From assembly GCA_963700635.1 (NCBI GenBank), contig CAVOYH010000004.1, forward strand, positions 32,001 to 96,000: a stretch of 64,000 bases of DNA, given 5' to 3'. This document shows positions 40,593 through 50,353 of this stretch, piece by piece (position 1 is the stretch's first letter; every line of letters begins with the position of its first letter). The notes beneath the pieces were generated by a model, which worked only from the letters and a program-made list of their open reading frames with translations, ran no database searches and had not been told where the DNA came from. Source of the stretch: an uncultured Bacteroidota bacterium. Its GTDB lineage: Bacteria; Bacteroidota; Ignavibacteria; UBA10030; UBA6906. A program made the translations under genes and the position numbers.

Positions 40593-41754
40593 GATCTGTG
40601 CCACATTCCTCTTTCTTGTTGTCGGTGCGCCGGGCGCCGCCGTCGCACAGGATTTCCCCCTGATGAGCATGAACGGGTACGCCCTCTCCCTTGGCGGCTA
40701 TCAGGGGAGCATGACTTCTCCCGTGGACACGGCAGGGAGCCCGGTCGGTGAATCAGCATGGGGGCTTCTCCGCACCCGGCTCCGCGGCGGAATCAAGTTT
40801 GCAGAACCGCTCCGCCTCCAGGCGGAGTATGAACTCCGGGTATCGGGCTCAAGCATCCCAACCCAGGCCCCCGCATCACCCCGCATCCCCAGGCAATGGG
40901 TCAGTCTCGATGGTGCGCTCCTGGAACGTCCTTCAATGACCGTCCGGCATGGCCTTGATCGTCTGTATCTCAGGTACGACACCGATCAGGTCACATGCAT
41001 CGTCGGTAGGCAGCTTATCAGCTGGGGGACTGCAAGAGTCTGGCGGCCGACCGATCTCTTTAATCCGCATAATCCTGTTGACTATGGAAAGCCCGAAAGA
41101 GACGGCGCAGACGCCATTACCGTGCGCTGGTATTTCGGCGATCTCACCGACGTGCAGGCCGTGTACAACGCTGATCGTAGCACCCAATGGAACAACTGGG
41201 GAATACGTTTCCGCACCAACGTTGCGGAAATTGACCTGGGTGTGATGGGGGGGAGTATCGGCGATCGATTCCGGCTTGGGGGTGATTTTGCCGCCAACCT
41301 GTTTACCGCCGGCCTACGGGGTGAATTCCTCTACTCGAGAGACCGTTTGAGCCGGGATGACGGACCGCGCGATACCTGGTCATGGGTACTCGGTCTGGAC
41401 CATCAGCTGACGGGAGAGCTCTATATGATGGCCGAATTTTATCATGATGGAGCCGGTGCCCCCACCGCAAATCAATATCGCTACGACCTCCTTCTCTCGG
41501 GGGAAATCATCAACCTTGCCATGGACTATTTCGTCGTGTCCGCAAACTACCTGTTCTCGCCCTTGCTCCAGACATCCGTAACCGCAAACGTGAACATCCG
41601 GGACGGAAGCGGGTATTTTCTGCCATCCGTTACATATTCACTTCTTCAGGATATGCAGGTCAGCGCTTCCGGACTGTGGACCTACGGGAGCGCGGCGGCC
41701 GAGTACGGGCGGTATCCTTCGTCGGTATTTGCACGTGTCCAGCTTTTTTTCTAG
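40576..41754 (+). CDS. Putative outer-membrane beta-barrel protein
   Basis: Signal peptide, 'LDRLYL...GRQLISWG...PTDLFNP', alternating strands, terminal F. Confidence 0.7.
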   Translation: MRRSAEICATFLFLVVGAPGAAVAQDFPLMSMNGYALSLGGYQGSMTSPVDTAGSPVGESAWGLLRTRLRGGIKFAEPLRLQAEYELRVSGSSIPTQAPASPRIPRQWVSLDGALLERPSMTVRHGLDRLYLRYDTDQVTCIVGRQLISWGTARVWRPTDLFNPHNPVDYGKPERDGADAITVRWYFGDLTDVQAVYNADRSTQWNNWGIRFRTNVAEIDLGVMGGSIGDRFRLGGDFAANLFTAGLRGEFLYSRDRLSRDDGPRDTWSWVLGLDHQLTGELYMMAEFYHDGAGAPTANQYRYDLLLSGEIINLAMDYFVVSANYLFSPLLQTSVTANVNIRDGSGYFLPSVTYSLLQDMQVSASGLWTYGSAAAEYGRYPSSVFARVQLFF

Positions 41755-41761
41755 ATTCTCG

Positions 41762-41783
41762 CAGCCCCTTACGGGGCTGTTTT
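41762..41783 (+). terminator. Rho-independent terminator
   Basis: CAGCCCC-TTAC-GGGGCTG-TTTT directly after the operon's last stop. Confidence 0.7.
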
Positions 41784-41898
41784 GTAGAACTGTACAAGCC
41801 GGTTGGAAGGCCGGATCTGTCCATTGACATAGCGAGAGTTCGACCGCCCATTGCGTCGGCTTCGCCCAATACATCCAATCACAAACAGGGAGGCTCTG

Positions 41899-42873
41899 TT
41901 GAAACCGTTCACAAAGGTGCTCGTGTTTGGTGCAGGTGTGATTGTTGTCGCCGCGGCGGTCGGTCTGGGAATCCTCTATCTCGGATATCCCGATGGAGGA
42001 TCGGTTCCTCAGGTTTCTGTGGTGTCATCGCCGGAGCGTGTCGCCCGCGGGGCGTACCTTGCCAACCATGTGGCCATTTGCATGGATTGTCACTCCACGC
42101 GCGACTGGTCGAAGTTTTCGGGACCGCCTATTGCCGGCACGGAGGGGACAGGTGGAGACGCATTTGATGAGAAACTCGGATTCCCGGGAAGTATCTTTGC
42201 GGCGAATATCACCCCGGCCGGTATCGCGGGAATGAGTGACGGCGAGGTAGCGCACGCAATCGTGTCAGGTATCGGCAAAGGCGGCCGCCCTCTTTTCTCC
42301 ATCATGCCCTACCAGGCATACAACTCGCTCTCGCAGGAAGATCTTGAATCCATCATCGCATACCTCCGCACCCTCCCGCCGGTTCCCAGCACCATTCCCG
42401 AACGTGCGCTGAACTTCCCGGTCAATGTGCTTGTTCGCACGATGCCAACGGCGTACACAACACATGCTCAACCCGACAGAGCAAGGTCATCCGAGTATGG
42501 GAAATATCTGACCAGGTTGGCCAGCTGTATCCATTGTCATACGCCGCAGGAAAAGGGAGAGCTGTTCAAGGGGAAAGAGTTCTCGGGAGGGTGGGAAATA
42601 CCGACCCCTGAGGGAATCATGCGGTCGGCTAACATCACTCCGGATGAAGAGTCAGGCATCGGCCTGTGGACCAAGGATATCTTCATCGCAAAGTTCAAGG
42701 AATTTGACCATCCGGACAGCGCCAAACTCGATCTTGCCATCATGGGCCGGCAGACTCTGATGCCATGGACGATGTACGCAGGCATGACAGAGGAAGACCT
42801 GGGAGCCATCTACGACTACTTGCGGACGGTTCCGCCCATAAAAAATCGCGTCGAAGTGTGGACTCCCCGTTGA
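41899..42873 (+). CDS. Membrane-anchored diheme cytochrome c
   Basis: N-terminal TM, CMDCH and CIHCH, repeated 'ANITP' and 'MP' axial Met motifs. TTG start after GGGAGG. Confidence 0.88.
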   Translation: MKPFTKVLVFGAGVIVVAAAVGLGILYLGYPDGGSVPQVSVVSSPERVARGAYLANHVAICMDCHSTRDWSKFSGPPIAGTEGTGGDAFDEKLGFPGSIFAANITPAGIAGMSDGEVAHAIVSGIGKGGRPLFSIMPYQAYNSLSQEDLESIIAYLRTLPPVPSTIPERALNFPVNVLVRTMPTAYTTHAQPDRARSSEYGKYLTRLASCIHCHTPQEKGELFKGKEFSGGWEIPTPEGIMRSANITPDEESGIGLWTKDIFIAKFKEFDHPDSAKLDLAIMGRQTLMPWTMYAGMTEEDLGAIYDYLRTVPPIKNRVEVWTPR

Positions 42874-42876
42874 TCC

Positions 42877-45873
42877 CTATTCCAGGTAACGGAGGATACT
42901 ACCCATGAGCATTTCACGCTGCGACGCGCTGACCACAGTTTCGAAGGGGAACCCAAGAACGACGATGTTGTAGTCTCCTTTAAAACCGATCCCCGCGCTA
43001 AACAGATTGTCAGCATACCGTAGCAGTGTCTTCCCGCCGCGTACCGGTCCAAGTGCCTCGGGTGATTCGACAGCGTAGATGCTGTCGTTCTCCGAGGCAC
43101 TAAACTGAAGGGTGGTGCGGGCAGGAAAAAACGCCGTGTCTCCCGCGATTACCTGCCCGGTCCGCGAAGCATGCCCGGTGATCCACGTGCACTTCAGCGT
43201 CTCACGGGCGAAGCGCAGACCTGAGCTATCACCGGGGGCTGTGGACCACAGATCGCTCCCGATGTGGCTCCCTGACACCAGCAATCTTCCCCCGCCCGAT
43301 GTGAACGCCCCCAGCTCCCGCCGCAGCTCCTCCGGAAATGCTACAAACCGGACTCCGAGCAAAGAGTCCAGCGCCGTCCGCACGCGTGGAGTTGTCTTCT
43401 CCTCTCCCAGGATAAGATCTACGGTGCTATACTGACGCAGAAGAACAGTGCTGTCCATCACCGATTCATCGCTGCATGAGACAAACGACCGCCCGGTTGA
43501 CCGGATCGCAACACCATGGATAGTGGGGAAATCAAATGTGTTACCCGCAACAAGCCGGGTTTCATCGTCGGCGAAGCTGGCGCCGAATCCCGGGCTGTCG
43601 TTGGACCGGAAAGGCGATGTTGGCAGAAAATCGTGCTGGATCCCGGTGAAGTTGAAGTCAATTCTGTCGGGAACGCCTGCATCCGCCAGATTTACAAACC
43701 CGGCATAGGCGGGTGATTCCACGATTGCCGGGGCGGCAATCCTGTCAAAACCATTCACGATGAGAACAGGATCAGAACTGCCCGGCATTCTGCAAACCGA
43801 AAGAATCTCCGAAGGCATACTCTGTCCGCCATCATTGACCGCGCTGATCCGGTAGCTGGTGATCACGCCGGGCGATACGGGCGCCAGGACGCACTCAGTG
43901 GATTCGACAAGGTGTCCGTTGTCAAATCCCCTGTTCTCAACACGGGTGTACACGATATACCGGTCAGGCGTTGCAGTAGGTTCCAGCGGATCGTGCGAAG
44001 GCTTCCACCGGAGTTTCACCTCGCCCGACGGCAGAAGTTCCGCGGCAAACCCCGACACCGGCAACGGCTGGACCACATAGCTCCGGTTGTTCGGGAGAGA
44101 GAGGAATCTGAGCATGGACTTGTACACCGCACGGGCCACGTCGAACCGGAATTGGGGATCCAGCATGAATCGCATGTCAAGGAAGTTCTGGTGTGACAGA
44201 AGTTCCAGAAGCACACCGGGGAAGTTCGGCCGGACCGATTCGCTGTAGTCCGCGTTACGCAGATCGCGCCGCCGCCACGCCGGATCGTGCAGCGCGCGAA
44301 TGTCTTCCACGATCTGTGTCTGCATCAGATCCGCGAGGTCGCGGTTTGCCAGACGCGAGACACCATCGGGGTACACCAGGGCAGAGTCATACCCCTCAAC
44401 GCTATAAATGAGAAGCGTGCCGATCGTTGTGTCGTTGCTGCTTGTCCCCGCGTCGGTGTGGAAGGCAAGTGATAGATCGATGGGGATTCCCAGCCCTTTT
44501 ACGTTCCTGTCTTTGTTCGGACCGGAGGGCGCTCCGACGAGGTAATTGCCATACTCCGCGCGACTCTGATAATCATCCCGGTAGTCATTATTGTTTCCAT
44601 TCAGGTTATACACGAGCGTATCCGGCATACCGGCGAACTGCAGATAGTACCGCGCCCCTTCTACAAAGCGCGGCCGTCCGCTGACTGCTCCCCCGCGTTC
44701 CACAATCCCCATTCCTCCCCCAAAACGCACGGCATCCGCGCTGATACGGAGGCCCGGGACAACACCCGCGTTTGTCAGGCGTACACTTCCGCTATCCGGC
44801 GAAACGCCTCTACGAAACGTAAACGTGCCGAGGTAGTGCCAGGTACCGCCTCCGATGCGTTGATTTACCCTGAACACCGTTCGGCCGCCTGTGTGGTGGA
44901 CCGTATAGAGTGCCTCCGTGGTGCTGGTGTCGGTGGCCGCATACGAGATCGAGACGGCGTAGGAACCCCCCTCGGGAATAGCGGGTGTCCACCGGATCTC
45001 GCTGTCTGCCCTTTGGGCAGTATGGGTCCACCGGCTCGATCCAAGGAGAAACGGGTTGACATTCGCAGGGTACGACGCCGCGATTCGGAAACCCGGAACG
45101 TCGGTTCTCCAGAAGTTTTCCTTGCTGTGGACGATCTCTGTATAGCCTGGGGATTCTGTATCATTATCCAGGATCACTTCGTGTCTCTGAATGTCGCGTT
45201 CCCGCGGGAGCAGGGCTCGCGCACCGGCATTCTCGAGCATGGGAACAAGATAGGGGAGCGTATACGCCAGCGGTCCCAGGTCCTCCACTGACTGAAAAAG
45301 CCGCGGACGCTGCCATTCCCACCGTCCTTCCCCGTGGCTGTAGTACCAGCCATGACTGTGCCAGAGAAGGATGTTCCTGTTCTGGAGCCCGCGTGAGGGA
45401 TATATCGGTTGGCTGGTATTGACTACCACCGGCTCCGGCGCGGGGATCCGGGCCTTTGGAAACCGCGCTGTGTCCATGGGCGTCGGCGCTGAACGATAGA
45501 AGTTTGGCACCAGTTCCTCAATGGGTGTGCGCAGTGAGCGGAGGTCAAACCGGTAACCCCGATAGGGCTCGCCGAAGAACGTGCGCACGCCGGACAGTAT
45601 CCGGTCCACCAGATCGGTGCGGAAAGGCTGAGCTGCAAATTCCTTGCTCAGCGTGATCGTGACCACACGTGTCGAATCGTCGACATGCAAGGAATCAAGT
45701 TTGCTCCCGGGAGGAACGGGAAAGGGAAGATCGCGGCGTACGATCGCTTCGGCGAAGGATTCCGTTCGCTCCAGCTGAAGTTGCCGGGTTGAGACACATC
45801 CCGCCAGCATGAGGGCAACAGGGAAAATGCCAGCCCAGCTCCATCGTTGCAGCCGTGAAGATAGATACGTCAT
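42877..45873 (-). CDS. Lipoprotein with amidase_3-like, golvesin-like and FN3 domains ('xanthan lyase'-annotated family)
   Basis: Lipobox LAGC, 'WHSHG', 'LAFHTDA', 'LLELLSH', 'ISADAVRFGGG', FN3 'LRWKPS'. Confidence 0.7.
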   Translation of the reverse strand: MTYLSSRLQRWSWAGIFPVALMLAGCVSTRQLQLERTESFAEAIVRRDLPFPVPPGSKLDSLHVDDSTRVVTITLSKEFAAQPFRTDLVDRILSGVRTFFGEPYRGYRFDLRSLRTPIEELVPNFYRSAPTPMDTARFPKARIPAPEPVVVNTSQPIYPSRGLQNRNILLWHSHGWYYSHGEGRWEWQRPRLFQSVEDLGPLAYTLPYLVPMLENAGARALLPRERDIQRHEVILDNDTESPGYTEIVHSKENFWRTDVPGFRIAASYPANVNPFLLGSSRWTHTAQRADSEIRWTPAIPEGGSYAVSISYAATDTSTTEALYTVHHTGGRTVFRVNQRIGGGTWHYLGTFTFRRGVSPDSGSVRLTNAGVVPGLRISADAVRFGGGMGIVERGGAVSGRPRFVEGARYYLQFAGMPDTLVYNLNGNNNDYRDDYQSRAEYGNYLVGAPSGPNKDRNVKGLGIPIDLSLAFHTDAGTSSNDTTIGTLLIYSVEGYDSALVYPDGVSRLANRDLADLMQTQIVEDIRALHDPAWRRRDLRNADYSESVRPNFPGVLLELLSHQNFLDMRFMLDPQFRFDVARAVYKSMLRFLSLPNNRSYVVQPLPVSGFAAELLPSGEVKLRWKPSHDPLEPTATPDRYIVYTRVENRGFDNGHLVESTECVLAPVSPGVITSYRISAVNDGGQSMPSEILSVCRMPGSSDPVLIVNGFDRIAAPAIVESPAYAGFVNLADAGVPDRIDFNFTGIQHDFLPTSPFRSNDSPGFGASFADDETRLVAGNTFDFPTIHGVAIRSTGRSFVSCSDESVMDSTVLLRQYSTVDLILGEEKTTPRVRTALDSLLGVRFVAFPEELRRELGAFTSGGGRLLVSGSHIGSDLWSTAPGDSSGLRFARETLKCTWITGHASRTGQVIAGDTAFFPARTTLQFSASENDSIYAVESPEALGPVRGGKTLLRYADNLFSAGIGFKGDYNIVVLGFPFETVVSASQREMLMGSILRYLE

Positions 45874-45884
45874 GATTGCTCCTG

Positions 45885-48557
45885 CTAGAATTGAATCGTA
45901 CATCCGATGCTGGGAAGTATCGGAATCATAACCGTCTGGATAGCACGGTTTTCCAGGGTTAATCTGTCGAGATAGTACTCTTGCAGCGCGACATTCGTAT
46001 GATTGGTCACATTCATAATATCCAGATAGAGACTCCACCGCCATCCGAACCATTCCACGTATGTGGTTGCGCGAAGATCCAACCGAAAATAATCCGGAAG
46101 GCGGCCGCTGTTAAGATTGCGCAGGCCACCGCGGTCCGTGACAAACACAACGCCGCGCCAATCGGTGTCAAGGGTTGGTGTCACCGTTCCCGTAACGGAA
46201 TCGGTGGCCTGGTAAATGCGCGGCCCGAACCCGACGGGTGGCGTTGAGGGAAATCCGCTCCCGTAGGCTACGGTGACATTGAGATCCAGCCAGGATGCGC
46301 ACCGGTAACCCAGCACGATGTTCACGCTGTGCCGGCGATCAAAATCAAACGGATAGGTCCATCCCTGGCGTTCGCGGCTGGCCTTTCCGTATGCGTACCC
46401 GATCCAACCGTACAGGGGGGTGTCCTCGTTCCGGAATATCCTTTGAAGCACGATCTCACCGCCCGACGAGGTGCCGGTCCCGGTATTCCGCGGAAGTGTT
46501 GTGAGGGAATCCGCCTGCACCGCCGCCGGTGAAGTCCAGGCCTCCGGCTTTGTCAGGTCCGCGGCGCCTGTCCGCACGCTGCGGTAGGCTGTTCCCGTGA
46601 CAATGTCGGGGAACACCAGATTGCGGAATGACTTCTGATACACTTCAAGGCGCAGTTGCCAGTCCTCGGTCAGAAGGGTTTCCCACGACAGGGAAACATG
46701 TTGTGCCTCCTCCGGCCGGAGCCCGAGCGGTTTGTCGCCGGAGAGATCGAATGTGGTGCTGGAGATGTACGTTTCATAACCGGGGAGAAATGATTTTTCG
46801 TAGCCCGGAGACTGGTAGTACAGACCCCAGGCAAACCGGAGACTGTTCCCAGCGCCCCATGAATACGATGCTGCGAGGCGCGGGGCGATGGTCGATCGCC
46901 CGATGATGCTGAAATAGTCGAACCGGACGCCCGGCTCCAGCGTAATCGACTCTGTCAGCTGAAACGTATCGTGCACGAAGACTCCGAGTGAGAGCGACTG
47001 TTTTGAGGTGGAAAAATTGTCGGGGAGCATGGAAAAACGGAAGTTGGACTGCCTGATAGCAAAAATACGCGGATCAAACTGGACGCCGATGGCGACGTCG
47101 GTAAACAGGCGGTGTGCGATAATGCCTGCCTCCAGCGTGTGCAACGGCGAGGCTTTCCAGACCACGGATCCGGTAGCCGAAAATTTCCTGAAGAGGAAAT
47201 TGTAGGCGCCTGCGGAGCGGAGGAGATCGGGCACGCTTATCCCCTCGGCCCGGAGAGAATCCTGTAACCGCTCGAATTCTTCAGTAGAAAGATCGAGCCC
47301 GAAGGAGATCGCAGAGTTCTGGATGCCGGAGAAAGAGTTGGATCCACCGTTCTGGGTAAATGAAACGCCATACCGTCCGACAACCTCAGGCGTAAACGTC
47401 CATATCCACTGAATGCCCGCAACGTCATTAAACGTGAGATCATTCAGCGTAAGTTTCTTGATGGATCCTGCTGCAGGTGCTTCCGCGAGACTCGCACGAT
47501 CCCTGTTCGTGACGCCGGTAAAGATGATTTTATGCCGGTAGTCCGGCTGCAGGGACAGGCGGAACTGAAAATCCTGAAATGTGGGGAGGACAACATCACC
47601 TTTTGCCAGCCCGGCGGACTTAACAATCGGACCTGCTATCAGATCGTAGTATGTACGCCGTGTCGAGACTAACCAGGATCCGTTCCAGGGCGGGGCATCC
47701 TCGGTATAGTAGAGATCCGAACGGGCGGAATCCGCATCCTCCTGAGTTTCCAGGAGAAACGCGCCCTCAGCGACAAGATTCATGTTCGTGAGACTCAAAT
47801 TCGCCCGTGCGTTGAAAACGCCGTCACTCATGCTGCCGTCGCGATTTGTCACGTCCACAACTGCCGAAAGGCGGTCGGAGTAGCGTGCCGGAAACCCTCC
47901 TGTCATCAATGCAATTTGTTCGACCGTTTGAGGATTGAACATGGACACCACGCCGTACAGGCGATAGGGACTGATCACCTCTATGCCGTCCATGATGATA
48001 AGGTTTTGCTCAGGTCCCCCGCCCCGCACGATCAACTGGGTGGTGAAGTCATTGGGTGATGTCACGCCGGGGTAGGACTGGAGGGTCCGGAGCACGTCTT
48101 CGGCCGCGCCTGCCCTGAATTGCACCTCACGGGGCTGAAGTGAGGACACCGTGAATCCGGTCGAATGTTCTGTCGCGGTGTGGGGAGCCGCAGTGACGTC
48201 CACGCCCTGCATTTGATAGACGACGGGGACAAGTCGAAACAGATGGTCCTCTGAATCGTGAGCGGAGACCGTTACCGTGTCCTGTGCACGCCGGTACCCG
48301 ACGAGCGATATCTCGACGGTGTGGACGCCGGGCTCGTCGACGCGGAATCGGAATCGGCCGTACACATTGCTGAATGTGGAGGATTTGCCCTCATCGAGGG
48401 TGACATAGGCGCCAGCAATGCTCCGTCCCCCCGTGTCCACAACCCGCCCACGTAACACAAGCTGGGCGTCCACCTGTCCGAAACCCAGGCAGCAGAGTAC
48501 GGCTGCCAGCGCACAACGAGCCGGTATGCCACAAGCATCCATATCTGACAACCACAT
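45885..48557 (-). CDS. TonB-dependent receptor
   Basis: Carboxypeptidase-regulatory N-domain, 'VRGGGPEQN', 'GGFPARYSDRLSAV', C-terminal 'PSIGCTIQF'. Confidence 0.9.
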   Translation of the reverse strand: MWLSDMDACGIPARCALAAVLCCLGFGQVDAQLVLRGRVVDTGGRSIAGAYVTLDEGKSSTFSNVYGRFRFRVDEPGVHTVEISLVGYRRAQDTVTVSAHDSEDHLFRLVPVVYQMQGVDVTAAPHTATEHSTGFTVSSLQPREVQFRAGAAEDVLRTLQSYPGVTSPNDFTTQLIVRGGGPEQNLIIMDGIEVISPYRLYGVVSMFNPQTVEQIALMTGGFPARYSDRLSAVVDVTNRDGSMSDGVFNARANLSLTNMNLVAEGAFLLETQEDADSARSDLYYTEDAPPWNGSWLVSTRRTYYDLIAGPIVKSAGLAKGDVVLPTFQDFQFRLSLQPDYRHKIIFTGVTNRDRASLAEAPAAGSIKKLTLNDLTFNDVAGIQWIWTFTPEVVGRYGVSFTQNGGSNSFSGIQNSAISFGLDLSTEEFERLQDSLRAEGISVPDLLRSAGAYNFLFRKFSATGSVVWKASPLHTLEAGIIAHRLFTDVAIGVQFDPRIFAIRQSNFRFSMLPDNFSTSKQSLSLGVFVHDTFQLTESITLEPGVRFDYFSIIGRSTIAPRLAASYSWGAGNSLRFAWGLYYQSPGYEKSFLPGYETYISSTTFDLSGDKPLGLRPEEAQHVSLSWETLLTEDWQLRLEVYQKSFRNLVFPDIVTGTAYRSVRTGAADLTKPEAWTSPAAVQADSLTTLPRNTGTGTSSGGEIVLQRIFRNEDTPLYGWIGYAYGKASRERQGWTYPFDFDRRHSVNIVLGYRCASWLDLNVTVAYGSGFPSTPPVGFGPRIYQATDSVTGTVTPTLDTDWRGVVFVTDRGGLRNLNSGRLPDYFRLDLRATTYVEWFGWRWSLYLDIMNVTNHTNVALQEYYLDRLTLENRAIQTVMIPILPSIGCTIQF

Positions 48558-48560
48558 CGT

Positions 48561-49118
48561 CTAGAGGTAGACCTCCATCCCGATCGCGGGGCTGGCCAGA
48601 CCGAAATATGAAATCTTGCTCTTCCCTGACATTCCGATATCAAAGAACCGGACCTGGCCGATGAGTGAGAAGGTCTTGGACACATCATACGAAAGGCCAA
48701 AACTCCCCCAGAGGGATGAGTTGGATTCGCTTCTGCTTTCTCCCGCCGTGGTGTTCGTGCCCGGCAACTTTACGCTGTAGTTGATAAATGCAATGCTGAG
48801 TTTGAAGAAAGGACGGATATCCTTCATGCCGCCAAAGAGAATCTTACCATACGGTGCGATCTCAACGGCCGTGACGTTGTCAAAGGCCTTTGAATCTCCC
48901 GAGGAAGTCCCCGTGAGGAGCCCGAACTGGAGGCCTGCGTGGATGGACGGTGTCACGGCATAGAATCCTGAGGCGCCGTAGACTGGTACCGGCACAAGAC
49001 CGATACTGACGGCCTCCCCGACGGTAATACCGACACCGATCTTCGGCTGTGCGTAGGCCTGTGTGAGGATGCAGAGAGAAAGCGCTGTGATGGCGAGCAC
49101 TGCTGTAAGGTGTTTCAT
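48561..49118 (-). CDS. Small outer-membrane beta-barrel protein
   Basis: AAAGGAG RBS, signal peptide MKHLT...AYA, amphipathic strands, C-terminal 'GMEVYL'. Confidence 0.65.
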   Translation of the reverse strand: MKHLTAVLAITALSLCILTQAYAQPKIGVGITVGEAVSIGLVPVPVYGASGFYAVTPSIHAGLQFGLLTGTSSGDSKAFDNVTAVEIAPYGKILFGGMKDIRPFFKLSIAFINYSVKLPGTNTTAGESRSESNSSLWGSFGLSYDVSKTFSLIGQVRFFDIGMSGKSKISYFGLASPAIGMEVYL

Positions 49119-49234
49119 GGTTACTCCTTTCGGTTCAACAATGGGCCGCGAGATATCTCCTCCAAACGGAGAATCTGACACGCGGCGGAAATGAACAGGG
49201 TGGTCCAGCAGGATACAGGTGCAGAGTGTACGAC

Positions 49235-50215
49235 TCAGTCCGGGGATCCTGAATAAAAATTGCGGATCCATGACTGTTCGTGGAGTTCTTTCAGAGTCGC
49301 CCGGGAAAGTTCCTGTCCGTCGGACACCGCGCAGTTACTCTCCACATGCCGGACCGATCGCATGCCGGGAATTACCGTGGACACCGCGGGCGGATGGAGG
49401 CAGAACCGAAGGGCCAGCTCAGGCAGGGATGCCGCCTCGTTTCCCAGAAGATCTTTAAGTTTCTCCGTACGTTCGAACACCTGCCGCTTCCGTTCGCCCC
49501 GGAAGTATCTCTCTCTCCAGTCTCCTGCGGGAAATTTCGTTTCCGGCGTAATCCGTCCGGTAAGCCCTCCCTCATCCAGGGGGACCCGCACGATGGTACC
49601 GATGTCATGCCGGAGGCATGCGTGGAACAGATCGGTTTCGGGTGATTGATCAAATATGTTGTAGATGACCTGAACAACGTCGATCTTGCCGGACGCAATT
49701 GCGCGCAGGGCGTTTGCTGGTTGATGGTCATTTATTGAGATTCCGACAAAACGGATCTTTCCCTGAGTTTTTAGCTCGGTAATCGCCTCGTACCACTCTG
49801 CTTCATCGGTCCAGTCATCCTGCCAGACATGGAGTTGCTGGAGATCAATGGTGTCCAGACCCAGATTGCTGAGGCTCTGCTCGGTGGATTTGATGATATG
49901 CCCGTAGGGAAACGTTTCTGCGACTGAGCTTCCGGGACGGGCAGGCCAGAGCCCGTTCTTGGGAGGGATCTTTGACGCCACAAACAGTCGTTCCGAGCGT
50001 TCTTTGAGGAAATTGCCGAGGATTGTCTCGCTGTGGCCGTTCCCATAAGCAAGCGCAGTATCGAAGAAGTTTACACCGAGCTCCGCCGCCCGGTGGAGCG
50101 CTTTGGTGGATTCTTCGTCTTTCGCGCCGATCCACATCGTACCGCCGATCCCCCATGTGCCAAAACCGATTTCAGAGACCTCCAGATCGGTTCGCCCGAG
50201 TTTTCGTTTCTGCAT
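49235..50215 (-). CDS. Aldo/keto reductase
   Basis: 'GFGTWGIG', 'FFDTALAYG', 'IDLQQLH', 'VIPGM'. Confidence 0.93.
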   Translation of the reverse strand: MQKRKLGRTDLEVSEIGFGTWGIGGTMWIGAKDEESTKALHRAAELGVNFFDTALAYGNGHSETILGNFLKERSERLFVASKIPPKNGLWPARPGSSVAETFPYGHIIKSTEQSLSNLGLDTIDLQQLHVWQDDWTDEAEWYEAITELKTQGKIRFVGISINDHQPANALRAIASGKIDVVQVIYNIFDQSPETDLFHACLRHDIGTIVRVPLDEGGLTGRITPETKFPAGDWRERYFRGERKRQVFERTEKLKDLLGNEAASLPELALRFCLHPPAVSTVIPGMRSVRHVESNCAVSDGQELSRATLKELHEQSWIRNFYSGSPD

Positions 50216-50353
50216 AGCGAGAGTTCCGTACCTTCATGTTCCACTGCAGGTAGTAGTATAGCAAGCAGGGCGTACAAACACAAGACTGCCGGAGCCGGGA
50301 TTTTCTGGCGAAGGGATGCTTGTGCATTGATCCGGCATTTGTTAGATTTGGCC

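Noticed and set aside
41816-41870. TTCG repeats and TTGACA upstream of the cytochrome c gene as LytTR boxes or promoter
   Set aside because: Spacing is irregular (22-23 nt) and there is no properly placed -10.
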